Source: an uncultured Actinomycetes bacterium (lineage in GTDB: Bacteria; Actinomycetota; UBA4738; HRBIN12). Taken from it: a DNA stretch of 64,000 nt. The stretch's first letter is position 1. Each line of letters starts with the position of its first letter. The notes under the pieces were generated by a model, which was given only the letters and a program-made list of their open reading frames with translations, did no database searches and was not told the origin of the DNA. The stretch is taken from assembly GCA_963722795.1 (NCBI GenBank), contig CAVROD010000001.1, forward strand, positions 81,684 through 145,683, in the 5' to 3' direction. Position numbers and translations under genes: made by a program. This document shows, piece by piece, positions 28,433 to 37,321 of this stretch.

Positions 28433-28450
28433 GGTGCTAGCGTCCGCGCG
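28433..28450 (+). promoter_or_regulatory. candidate extended -10 promoter; copy 2 of the 18-nt element, ending 9 nt before ATG 28453
   Basis: GGTGCTAGCGTCCGCGCG is identical to 26372-26389. Lies between the CocE/NonD stop (28380) and the permease start. Confidence 0.35.
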
Positions 28451-28452
28451 GT

Positions 28453-29407
28453 ATGGCTCGGGGGCGCGCAGCGACGGAGGGCAACTCGCTCACGATGCTG
28501 TACCCGCGCGGCTTCTGGAAGTGGGCCGCGACACCGGGCGTGCTCTGGCTGATCCTGCTGTTCGTCGTGCCCTTCTACGCGCTCGTATCGATGGCCGGCG
28601 GCTCGCTCGACCCCGCGACCGGCCTCGCCGTGCCCCAATGGAACCCGGCTTACTGGGATCGCGCGTCGTACCACTACGTGTTCGAACAGCTCCTGTCGAG
28701 CGACGGCGTGTACCGGGTGGTCTTCGTTCGCACCCTGCGCTACGTGTTCACCGCCGTGGTCCTGTGCCTGCTGATCGGCTACCCGGTCGCCTACTACGTC
28801 TCGCGCTTGCGAGGCCGCATGCGCGGGTTGATGCTCGCGCTGCTCGTGCTGCCGTTCTGGATCAGCTACCTGATGCGCATGCTCGCCTGGGTCGGCCTGC
28901 TGAACGAGGAAGGCCTGGTGAACCGCGTGCTCACGGGCCTCGGCATCCTGTCGGACCCCTACCCCTGGCTCGAGGGCAAGAGCATCACGGTGATCTTCGG
29001 CCTGGCGTACGGCTACGCCCCGTTCCTCATCCTGCCGCTGTTCGCGGCCCTCGACCGCCTGCAGAACAGCTACCTGGAAGCCGCGTGGGACCTCGGGGCC
29101 AGCTCGTTCAGCACGTTCGTGCGGGTGACGCTGCCGCTGTCGAAGAACGGCATCCTCGCCGGGCGTCGCGATCATCATGCTGCCGATGTTCGGCGACTTC
29201 TACACCGCCTACCTGCTGTCGAACGGGCGGTCGAGCACGGCGATGATCGGCAACTCGATCCAATCGCTGCTGCAGGAGACGACGTTCGGCTACGCCCAGG
29301 CGCGCGGGGCCGCGCTCGTCACCGTGCTCGCCATCTTCGTGTCGTTGCTCACGCTGTACTACATCGTGTCGACCGCACGCAGCACCCGGGAGGCGAGTCG
29401 GGCATGA
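28453..29407 (+). pseudogene. ABC transporter permease, PotB-like; one frame break near 29165
   Basis: Multi-TM ORF with the EAA-type loop (SYLEAAWDLGASSFSTFVRVTLPLSKNGILAG). The C-terminal 76 aa continue in ORF 29177..29407. Confidence 0.8.
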
Positions 29408-30283
29408 GCGCCGTCGGCACGTTCTTCGCGAACCCGTGGCGCAAGCACCGTTTCCTGGCGTTGTACTCGTGGCTCTACGTGCTGTGGGCGATCGTGCCCG
29501 TCGTGATCGCGATCGGCTTCTCGTTCAACGCCGGCCGGTCGAGGAGCGTGTGGCAGGGCTTCTCGCTGGAATGGTGGATCGGCAACCCCGATCTGTCGGT
29601 GCTGCACGACCCCACGCTCACCTCGGCGATCCGCCAGAGCCTGATCCTCGCGGTGGTGACGATGGTGATCGCCACGCCGATCGGCGTGGCGCTGGCGCTC
29701 GGCCTCGCACGCTGGCACGGGCACGGGTCCGGCGCGGCCAATTACCTGATGCTGCTGCCCCTCGTCACCCCCGAGATCGTGCTCGCCACCGGCATCTTCT
29801 TCACGCTGGTCTTCCTCTACCCGTTCCCCGACCCGGGCACCATCGGCCAGATCGTGGGCCACGTGACGTGGTCGATCCCGTACGTGGTCGTGGTGCTGCG
29901 CGGCCGCATCTTCGGCGTCGGTCCCGAGCTCGAGGAAGCCGCGATGGACCTTGGCGCGCCGCCGCTCGACGCGCTGCGCCGGGTGATGCTGCCCGTGCTC
30001 GCCCCGGCCATCTTCGCCGCGTTCACGATCGTGTTCGCCCTGTCGATCGACGACTTCGTGACGAGCCAGTTCCTGTCGACCGACCTGAAGACGCAGACCG
30101 TGCCGATGCTGATCTACAGCTCCGGGTCGCACCGCCCCGAACCCCGCGCTCAACGCGACCGCGACGCTGATGCTCGTGATCTCGCTCGCCGCCATCGGCA
30201 TCGGGGTCGGGGGCATGCGCGCCCTCGCCCGGCGCCAGGGCGTGCAAGCCGAGGGCACCGACGTCGCCAACTTCCGACTCTGA
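29404..30283 (+). pseudogene. ABC transporter permease, PotC-like; one frame break near 30130
   Basis: ATG 29404 overlaps the upstream TGA. Loop motif LEEAAMDLGAPPLDALRRVMLPVLAPAI. The tail (LNATATLMLVISLAAIGIG...) is in another frame and ends at TGA 30281-30283. Confidence 0.8.
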
Positions 30284-30298
30284 CGAAGGCCGCAGCCC

Positions 30299-31130
30299 AT
30301 GGCCCAGCCCACGATCGCCGACCTGCTCCGACCCGAGATCGACGGGCCCATCCTGCCCGGCATCGACCCCCGTGGCACGCCCGGCGTGGGCGATCGAGAC
30401 GAGGCGGAAGCGGCGATGGAAGGCGCTCGCCGACCGACTCGACGACTTGCAGGAGGCGCTGTGGGTGGAGGGGTCGCGCTCACTGCTCGTGGTGCTGCAG
30501 GGCATGGACACGAGCGGCAAGGGCGGCACGGTGCGCCACGTGTTCTCGGCGATGAACCCCGCCGGGGTCGAGGTCGCTTCGTTCAAGAAGCCCACCGAGG
30601 AAGAGCTCTCGCACCACTTCCTGTGGCGCATCGAACGACGGCTGCCGGCGCCGGGTGAGATCGTCGTGTTCGACCGCTCGCACTACGAGGACGTGCTCGT
30701 GGCGCGCGTGCGCTCGCTCGTGCCCGAGAACGTCTGGCGGTCCCGCTACGACGAGATCGATGCGTTCGAGCAACGGGTGGTCGCCGCCGGCACCACGATC
30801 GTGAAGTGCATGCTGCATATCTCCTACGAGGAGCAGCGCGAGCGGCTGCTCGCCCGGCTCGACGACCCGTCGAAGCACTGGAAGTTCAACGAGGGCGACC
30901 TCGAGGAACGCTCTCGCTGGCTCGAGTACCAGGCCGCCTACGAGGACGCGATCCGCGAGTGCTCCACCGATATCGCGCCGTGGCACGTGATCCCCGCCGA
31001 CCGCAAGTGGTACCGCGACTGGGCCATCTCGAACCTGCTCGTCGAGACGCTGGAAGGTCTCGACCCGCGCCTGCCGCAGCCCGATCTCGACGTGGAAGCA
31101 CTGCAGGCGCGGCTGGCGCCTCCCAACTAG
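30299..31130 (+). pseudogene. polyphosphate kinase 2 (PPK2) family protein; one frame break at the G run 30422-30423
   Basis: Motifs LLVVLQGMDTSGKGGTVRHV (Walker A), VVFDRSHYEDVLV, KHWKFNEGDLEERSRW and APWHVIPADRKWYRDW. The N-terminal 41 codons are in the ORF that starts at 30299. Confidence 0.85.
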
Positions 31131-31191
31131 CGAACCGATGCACCAGGCGCGGCCGGCATCCCTTCGCGCGTCCGGACCGTACCATCGGGTG

Positions 31192-31773
31192 ATGTCCCCT
31201 CGCCCGGTGAACGCGCTGCTCGGCCTCCTGTGCTTCACGGTGCTCGCGGCCGCGTGCTCGAGCGAGCCCACCGAGCCTGCCGCCACCGAGCCTGCCGCCA
31301 CCGATCGGTCGACGCCGGCCGCCGACGCCGCCACGCCTCCCGCATCGGATCGGTCGACTCCTGCGGCGACCGCCGTGCTGCGGTTCACCGCACCGAGGCT
31401 CGGCGGCGGCACCATCGAGGGTGAGGACTTCGCCGGGCGCGACGTCGCGTTCTGGTTCTGGGCGCCGTGGTGAACGACGTGCCAGGGGGCGGCCCCTGAC
31501 GTCGCGCAGGTTGCGCGAGACTACGGGAAGCAGGTGGCCTTCGTGGGTGTGCCGGGCAACGACTCGAGCGCGAACATGCAGGCGTTCGTCGACGAGTTCG
31601 GACTCGGGTTCCCGCAGGCCGTCACCGAAGACGGCTCGCTGTGGGCGTCGTTCGGGGTGGCCTACCAGCCGGCCTGGGTGTTCGTCGACGACTCCGGCGA
31701 GACGACGCTCGTGCCGACCGAGCTGCCGCGCGACGAGCTCGAGCGCACGCTCGACGAACTGATCGCGGCATGA
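31192..31773 (+). CDS. TlpA/ResA-like thioredoxin-fold lipoprotein with an in-frame TGA at the first Cys of the WCxxC motif (candidate selenoprotein, or a point-disrupted gene)
   Basis: ATG 31192 with lipobox VLAAAC. Sequence reads ...VAFWFWAPW-TGA(31471-31473)-TTCQGAAPDV...VAFVGVPGND...YQPAWVFVDDSGE. ORFs 31138..31473 and 31534..31773 share one frame. Confidence 0.65.
31476..31503 (+). promoter_or_regulatory. SECIS-like bulged hairpin starting 2 nt after the in-frame TGA
   Basis: Lower stem GACGU (31476-31480) pairs with ACGUC (31499-31503). After a GC bulge, upper stem CAGGGG (31483-31488) pairs with CCCCUG (31493-31498). Loop GCGG lies about 16 nt after the UGA. Confidence 0.35.
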
Positions 31774-31783
31774 ACGCGTGAGC

Positions 31784-32773
31784 TCAGCGAGCGGTCTCGT
31801 GCCAGGCGTCGAGCAGCGCGCGCTCCCGCTCCGGGCTCGGCCCCGCCGCCATCGGCCCCTGTCCACGCGCGCGGTCCCAGGCGAGCGTGTCCCGAACGGT
31901 CTCGACCGGCGGGCGGCACGTGAGGCCGGCGGCGAACGCGCGGCTCGGGTCGTACGCGTGGAAGCCCGGCGCCTCCGGCCACCACAACGGGAACGTCTCG
32001 TGCGGGTCGTCGTCCGCGCCCGTGAACGCCGCCGCGATGAACGGCTCGTCGACCCACGCCACTTGAGTCTCGACGCCCGCCGCGGCCGCCGACGCCTCGA
32101 TCAGCTCGCCCAAGGTCATCGTGGGTGCGCGGTCGACCACGCCGAACACGCCGGGCGTCGAGGCTTCGGCAAGCCGTAGCGCGAACGCCGCGAGGTCCCG
32201 GGCATCGACCCACTGCAGCCCGTAGTCGGCGGGCGCCGGCGCGATCATCTCGCCGCCGGCAGCGCCCCGGCGCACCCACGAGGTGAATCGGTCGGTGGGG
32301 TCGTGCGGGCCGACGATGAAGCCGGGCCGGATCACGCACGCCCGGTCGCCGAACACGGCCTGCACCTGTCGCTCGCAGGCCACCTTCAGGGGTCCGTACG
32401 TCTCGTCGGTCACCTCTTCGGTCTCGGGGAAGGGCGGTTCGAACACCGGGGAATCTTCGTTGGACCCGGGCGGCAGGTCCTCGGGATGCGCCGAGAGCGA
32501 GGAGATGAAGCCGTACCAGGCGCTCGTCGCGAGGGTCTCGGTCGAGGCACGCACCGCGCGGGGGATGTACCCGCACGTGTCGACCACGGCGTCGAACGTG
32601 CGCCCGGCGAGGGCGTCGACGCCCTCCTCCCGGTCGCCGATCACATGTTCGGCCTCGGGGAACAACTCTGTCGGTGTCCGATGGAACAACGTGACCTCGT
32701 GCCCGCGTTCGAGCGCCAACTCGGTGAGGGCGCGGCCCGAGAAGCGGGCCCCGCCGATCATCAGGAGCTTCAC
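31784..32773 (-). CDS. NAD-dependent epimerase/dehydratase family protein
   Basis: 329-aa ORF. N-terminal Rossmann motif MKLLMIGGARFSGRAL. The GTG start overlaps the stop of the upstream SDR gene (GTGA). Confidence 0.8.
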   Translation of the reverse strand: MKLLMIGGARFSGRALTELALERGHEVTLFHRTPTELFPEAEHVIGDREEGVDALAGRTFDAVVDTCGYIPRAVRASTETLATSAWYGFISSLSAHPEDLPPGSNEDSPVFEPPFPETEEVTDETYGPLKVACERQVQAVFGDRACVIRPGFIVGPHDPTDRFTSWVRRGAAGGEMIAPAPADYGLQWVDARDLAAFALRLAEASTPGVFGVVDRAPTMTLGELIEASAAAAGVETQVAWVDEPFIAAAFTGADDDPHETFPLWWPEAPGFHAYDPSRAFAAGLTCRPPVETVRDTLAWDRARGQGPMAAGPSPERERALLDAWHETAR

Positions 32774-33573
32774 CTGTCACCTCCGGTCGACTGGGCATCC
32801 CAGGGGTAGTACCAGGAGCCGGCCAGCTGCCCCCCGTCGACGACGAGGGTGGAGCCGTTCACGTACGAGGCGTCATCCGACGCCAGGAAGAGGATGGCGG
32901 CCGCCACCTCGGCCGCCCGGGCGAAGCGACGCTGCGGGATGCGGGGCATGTACCCCTCGACGAACCCATCGCTCGCCGCATCGGCCTCGATCATGGGCGT
33001 GATCGTCATGCCTGGCGCGACGGCGTTGCAGCGCACGCCGCGGTGCCCGAGCTCGTGCGCGAACGATCGCGTGAGCGAGATGAGCGCGGCCTTCGAGGCG
33101 TCGTAGGCCGCGAGCGGCGCCTCCGGCACGAGCCCGTCGATCGACGCCACGTTCACGATCGAGCCGGCCCCTCGCTCGACCATGTGCCGCGCGACCCCTT
33201 GGGAGACCCACAGCGCTGCATCGAGGTTGAGCGCGAAGGTCGAGCGCCAGTGCGCGGCGTCGACATCGAGCACCCCCGCGTCGAGCGCGATGCCGGCGGC
33301 GTTGACGAGCACCTCGATCGTGCCGGTCGCCGCGATCGCTGCGTCGACGATGCGCCGGGCCTGCCCGCGGTCCGAGAGGTCAGCCGCATCGAGGCGGACT
33401 CGCTGCGGCGCCGCACTCGCGTCTCGGGTCTGACGCAGGCGCTCCTCGTCTCGTCCGGTGATGGAGACCGAGGCGCCTTCCTCGAGGAGGGCGAGCGCGC
33501 ACGCGCGACCGATGCCGCTCGATGCGCCCGTCACGAGCGCATGGCGACCCTCGAATCGTCCCATGGCGGGCAT
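32770..33573 (-). CDS. short-chain dehydrogenase/reductase (SDR)
   Basis: Motifs ALVTGASSGIGRA, NAAG and the catalytic YDASKAAL. Confidence 0.85.
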   Translation of the reverse strand: MPAMGRFEGRHALVTGASSGIGRACALALLEEGASVSITGRDEERLRQTRDASAAPQRVRLDAADLSDRGQARRIVDAAIAATGTIEVLVNAAGIALDAGVLDVDAAHWRSTFALNLDAALWVSQGVARHMVERGAGSIVNVASIDGLVPEAPLAAYDASKAALISLTRSFAHELGHRGVRCNAVAPGMTITPMIEADAASDGFVEGYMPRIPQRRFARAAEVAAAILFLASDDASYVNGSTLVVDGGQLAGSWYYPWDAQSTGGDR

Positions 33574-33581
33574 GCTACTCG

Positions 33582-33675
33582 GCGGTGGACGCGCTCCCTC
33601 AGGTCCGCGCGGTGGACGCGCTCCCTCAGGTCCGCGCGGTGGACGCGCTCCCTTGAGCCCGCGCGGTGGACGCGC
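33582..33675. repeat. 27-bp tandem repeat, 3.5 copies, covering the 3' end and stop codon of the LacI gene
   Basis: GCGGTGGACGCGCTCCCTCAGGTCCGC at 33582 and 33609 (identical). A variant copy at 33636 has TCAGGT changed to TTGAGC. A 13-nt partial copy sits at 33663. Confidence 0.9.
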
Positions 33676-34693
33676 GAGTCACCAGCGTCGCGGGCACGGT
33701 CACGGGGGTGGGGTCGGCGACGGTGCCTTCGACGAGGTCGGCCAACAGTTGTGCCGCGGCGGTGCCGAGCTCGCGGGGATGCAGGTCGAGCGTCGTGAGG
33801 GGCGGGGTGGCGCGAGCCGTCTGGCCCCGGTCGGAGAGCGAGGCCACCATCATGTCGTCGGGCACGCGCAGGCCTCTGGCGGCGCACTCCGCCAGCACTC
33901 CGCCCGCGAAGGCTTCGGCGAGGCAGTACAGGGCGTCGGGCATGTCGTGGCGATCGAGACACGACGACGCCGACGTTCGCGCCACCGACTCGAGCTCGTC
34001 CCACGGCCGCGGCGATGACCAGTCGACGTCGTCGGCGGAATGGATCCACGGCTGCATCGCGCGGTCGGCGCACCACCGCCGATACGCCGCGAGGCTGTCG
34101 GTCTCGAAGGACTCGCCGGCCCCCAGCGTCACCACTCCGATGCGACGCGCGCCGGCGGCGATCATGTGGTCGAGCATCGACGTCGTGCCGCCCTCGTAGT
34201 CGTTGTCGACGACCCGCGTGTCGGCGGCCGCGCCGGGCAACTTTCCGACGGTCACGATCGGAGCCGACCGCTGCTGCATCTCGCGCACGACCGGGTCATC
34301 GGGCACCGGATCGACCACGATGGCGCCGTCGAGCGGCAGGCGCTCCCAGATCGTCGCTTCTCCGGCGGGCACGATCACGAGCGCCAGGCCCCGTGCGATC
34401 GCCGAGCTGGTCGCGGCGTCGATCAGGTTCGCGTTGTGGGCGAACTCCTCGATGAGCGCATGGACGCCGTCGGGCATCGAGACGGTCAAGGCGACGAGCC
34501 CGGTGCGACCCGACGCGAGCTGGCGCCCGCGCGGGTCCGGCCGGTATCCGAGCTCGGCCGCGATCTGGCGCACCCGGCTCCGGGTCTCGTCGGACACGCC
34601 GCCCTTCTCGTTGAGCGCGTGTGAGACCGTCGTGATCGAAACACCGGCGGCGCGTGCGACGTCGCGGATGCCGACATGCCGGCGGCTCGTCAT
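33626..34693 (-). CDS. LacI-family transcriptional regulator
   Basis: N-terminal HTH GIRDVARAAGVSITTVSHALN and a periplasmic-binding-protein-like sugar-binding core. The C-terminal tail (STARAQGSASTART) is encoded by the 27-bp repeats. Confidence 0.85.
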   Translation of the reverse strand: MTSRRHVGIRDVARAAGVSITTVSHALNEKGGVSDETRSRVRQIAAELGYRPDPRGRQLASGRTGLVALTVSMPDGVHALIEEFAHNANLIDAATSSAIARGLALVIVPAGEATIWERLPLDGAIVVDPVPDDPVVREMQQRSAPIVTVGKLPGAAADTRVVDNDYEGGTTSMLDHMIAAGARRIGVVTLGAGESFETDSLAAYRRWCADRAMQPWIHSADDVDWSSPRPWDELESVARTSASSCLDRHDMPDALYCLAEAFAGGVLAECAARGLRVPDDMMVASLSDRGQTARATPPLTTLDLHPRELGTAAAQLLADLVEGTVADPTPVTVPATLVTRASTARAQGSASTART

Positions 34694-34745
34694 AGCACGA
34701 TGATATCCCGACGCAACGGGCCTCCGGCCTGAGGAGTCGGTCGCG

Positions 34746-35768
34746 CTACGCTGCAGCGGTTTCGAGGGTTGCGTCCCAGCGGCCCCCGCGCGCGAGCCCG
34801 TTCATGCGTGCACGATGCGCGAGCGCGGCTTGCGAGGACGCGGTGTTGGCGTCGTCGCCGCGCCAGACCGCGAGGGTAGGTGCCTGGAGCGCCCGGCCGT
34901 AGGAGAAGCTGAGCTGCCACGGGTGGATGCCGCGCTCGGCCCGGTTCATCTCGTGCAACCGGCTCGTCGCCTGCACGTCGCTCATACCGCCCGACAGGAA
35001 CACCACGCCCGGCACGTCGGCGGGCACATGGGCCGTGAGACAGCGCAGAGTGGCGTCGGCGATCGTCGCGTCGTCGTCTTGCGTCGAGCAGCCTGCGCCG
35101 GGCACCACCATGTTCACCTTGAGCAGCGAGCCCGCGAGGTCGACCCGGGCCGCCGCGAGGGCGGCGTACAGCGCGTCGAGCGTGCGCGCGGTGGCCGTCT
35201 CGCACGCATCGATCGGGTGATCGCCGTCCATCAGGATCTCGGGCTCCACGATCGGCACCACGCCGGCTTCCTGACAAAGGGCTGCGTAGCGCGCCATCGC
35301 GTGGGCGTTCGCATCGATCGCGCCCTCGGTGGGCAGATCCGCGCGGATCGTGATCGTGGCCCGCCACTTCGCGAATCGCGCTCCGAGCGAGACGTAGTCG
35401 GCGAGCCGCTCCCGCAGCCGGTCGAGCCCCTCGGTGACGGTTTCGCCGTGGAAGCCCGCGAGGGGCTTCGCGCCGGTGTCGACCTTGATGCCCGCGATCA
35501 CGCCGGCTTCCTCGAGCACGGCGACGAACCGCCGCCCGTCGTCGGCCGACTGGCGGATCGTCTCGTCGAACAGGATCACGCCGCTCAGGTGCTCGCCGAG
35601 CCCGGGCGTGGTGAACAACAGCTGGCGGTACCGGCGACGGGAGTCTTCGGTCGAGCTCACGCCGATCGAGTCGAATCGCTTCGCGATCGTGCCCGTGGAT
35701 TCGTCGGCCGCAAGGATGCCCTTGTCGGGGGCCACCAACGCGCGTGCGGTCTCGTGCATCGAGGTCAT
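34746..35768 (-). CDS. class I fructose-bisphosphate aldolase
   Basis: 340-aa ORF. Motifs KGILAADESTGTIAKRF, GVILFDETI, IAGIKVD and LLKVNMV. Confidence 0.9.
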   Translation of the reverse strand: MTSMHETARALVAPDKGILAADESTGTIAKRFDSIGVSSTEDSRRRYRQLLFTTPGLGEHLSGVILFDETIRQSADDGRRFVAVLEEAGVIAGIKVDTGAKPLAGFHGETVTEGLDRLRERLADYVSLGARFAKWRATITIRADLPTEGAIDANAHAMARYAALCQEAGVVPIVEPEILMDGDHPIDACETATARTLDALYAALAAARVDLAGSLLKVNMVVPGAGCSTQDDDATIADATLRCLTAHVPADVPGVVFLSGGMSDVQATSRLHEMNRAERGIHPWQLSFSYGRALQAPTLAVWRGDDANTASSQAALAHRARMNGLARGGRWDATLETAAA

Positions 35769-35898
35769 CGTCGTCCGGTTCCATCGACGGAACCGCTCCT
35801 GCGTCTCAGCCTACCCGTGCCCGGCGAGGGCCCGGAAGCAGCTTGGTCCGTTGGCCGGGACCCTTCAGGGGGTCGGGGTAACGGGCCGATGGAGAGGG

Positions 35899-36756
35899 AT
35901 GACGTCTCCGCACTCCCTGCGCGCCTCGTGGATCGCGACCCTGGTCGCGGCCGCCCTCGCGGTCGCCTCGCCGATCGCCACGGGCATCACCGGCATCGCG
36001 GGGGCCGGACCGGTCTCGCCCACCCCGCGCGCCGTGCTCACCGCCGGCGAGGCCGACGCGTTCGGCGACGGGCTCGGCTCGGGGACCGCGCCGAGCGACC
36101 AGACGCCGGAGCCCGATATCGCGGTTCCGAGTGCGCCGAAGCCGGCCGAGCCGTCGGGCGATCTCGTGGTGCGCATCCCTCGCGACCTGGCGGTGCGAGC
36201 CCGGCCCACGGCAACCGCGAAGGTCGTCGGCACGATGCCGAGCGGCTCGAAGTACTACGACGTCGCGATCGCCGCGTGGGTGGAGCAGGTTTCCCCCGAC
36301 GGGCGATGGGGCCGCGTCGAGATCCCCTACGTATGGCCGCGCAAGCATGGCTGGATCGCCCTGCGCGGGCTGACACGGCACACCACGAACGTGCAGGTGC
36401 AGGTGGACCTGTCGGAACATCGCATCACGGTGACGAAGTTCGATCGGGTGCTGTTCGGCATGCCTGCCGCGACCGGTGCGGCGGCCTCGCCGACGCCGGT
36501 CGGCGAGTACTTCGTGACCGACCGCATCGCGTTCTCGGGCGGCTCCCTCGGCACGTTCGCGTTCGGTATCTCCGGCATCCAGCCACGGCTGCCCGCGGGC
36601 TGGAGCGGAGGCAACCAACTCGCGATCCACGGCACGAACGACCCCTCGTCGATCGGACGCTCGGCCAGTGCCGGATGCCTGCGCGTCAGCGAGCGCTCGC
36701 TCGACCGACTGAAGCCCCTCCTGCAGCTCGGCACGCCGATCATCGTGGCCGCCTGA
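35899..36756 (+). CDS. secreted L,D-transpeptidase (YkuD domain) with an N-terminal SH3-like region
   Basis: GGAGAGGG RBS then ATG 35899, followed by a signal peptide. Catalytic motif LAIHGTNDPSSIGRSASAGCLRV. Confidence 0.85.
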   Translation: MTSPHSLRASWIATLVAAALAVASPIATGITGIAGAGPVSPTPRAVLTAGEADAFGDGLGSGTAPSDQTPEPDIAVPSAPKPAEPSGDLVVRIPRDLAVRARPTATAKVVGTMPSGSKYYDVAIAAWVEQVSPDGRWGRVEIPYVWPRKHGWIALRGLTRHTTNVQVQVDLSEHRITVTKFDRVLFGMPAATGAAASPTPVGEYFVTDRIAFSGGSLGTFAFGISGIQPRLPAGWSGGNQLAIHGTNDPSSIGRSASAGCLRVSERSLDRLKPLLQLGTPIIVAA

Positions 36757-37312
36757 GCGCGCTGCCCGAGCCCGCCGACCCACGGCTCGCGTGCTCCTCG
36801 ACGAACGGCCGCAGCTGCCGCAGGTGCGCCTCGGCGTGACGGAAGGGCCCCCCCGAGCCGCCGAGCAGGTCGCCGAGCCGGGCGCCCGCGGCGGTGCGGC
36901 CTCGAGGGGTGCCGGGGCGGCGCCAGCGTGCATCGCCGAACGCCTCGAGGCGAGCCATGAGGCGATCGTGGGTCGCCTCGGCCCGCCGGCGTTGGTCGGC
37001 GGCGCGCCGGGCGGACCTCCTCGCGACGGCGTCCCGGTTGAGCGCGGTCGTGCTGGTCGACCAGATCGCGGCATCGATCGGGGGTCCGTGCCCCTCCTGC
37101 CACGCGTCGAGGGCCTCGAGCGCGTACTCCTGCCAGCTCTCGAGGTGGCCGAGCAGGTCCTTCGGCGACCATTCGCCGCCACCGAGCCCCGGCGTGGTGC
37201 GCGCTCGAGCCGGCAGCCGGTCGTACAGGGTGAAGACCTCGCGCATGCCGTCGTCGAGCATGCGCATCGCCCCACGCCGGCTCGGCGTCTCGTCGGCCCG
37301 CGCTGCGCCCAT
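36740..37312 (-). CDS. DinB/ClbS-like four-helix-bundle protein (weak assignment)
   Basis: 190-aa ORF with the motif WSPKDLLGHLESWQEYALEAL. Start uncertain (ATG 37312, 37267 or 37261). The 3' end overlaps the convergent transpeptidase gene by 17 nt. Confidence 0.4.
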   Translation of the reverse strand: MGAARADETPSRRGAMRMLDDGMREVFTLYDRLPARARTTPGLGGGEWSPKDLLGHLESWQEYALEALDAWQEGHGPPIDAAIWSTSTTALNRDAVARRSARRAADQRRRAEATHDRLMARLEAFGDARWRRPGTPRGRTAAGARLGDLLGGSGGPFRHAEAHLRQLRPFVEEHASRGSAGSGSALRRPR

Positions 37313-37321
37313 GCGTCGACC

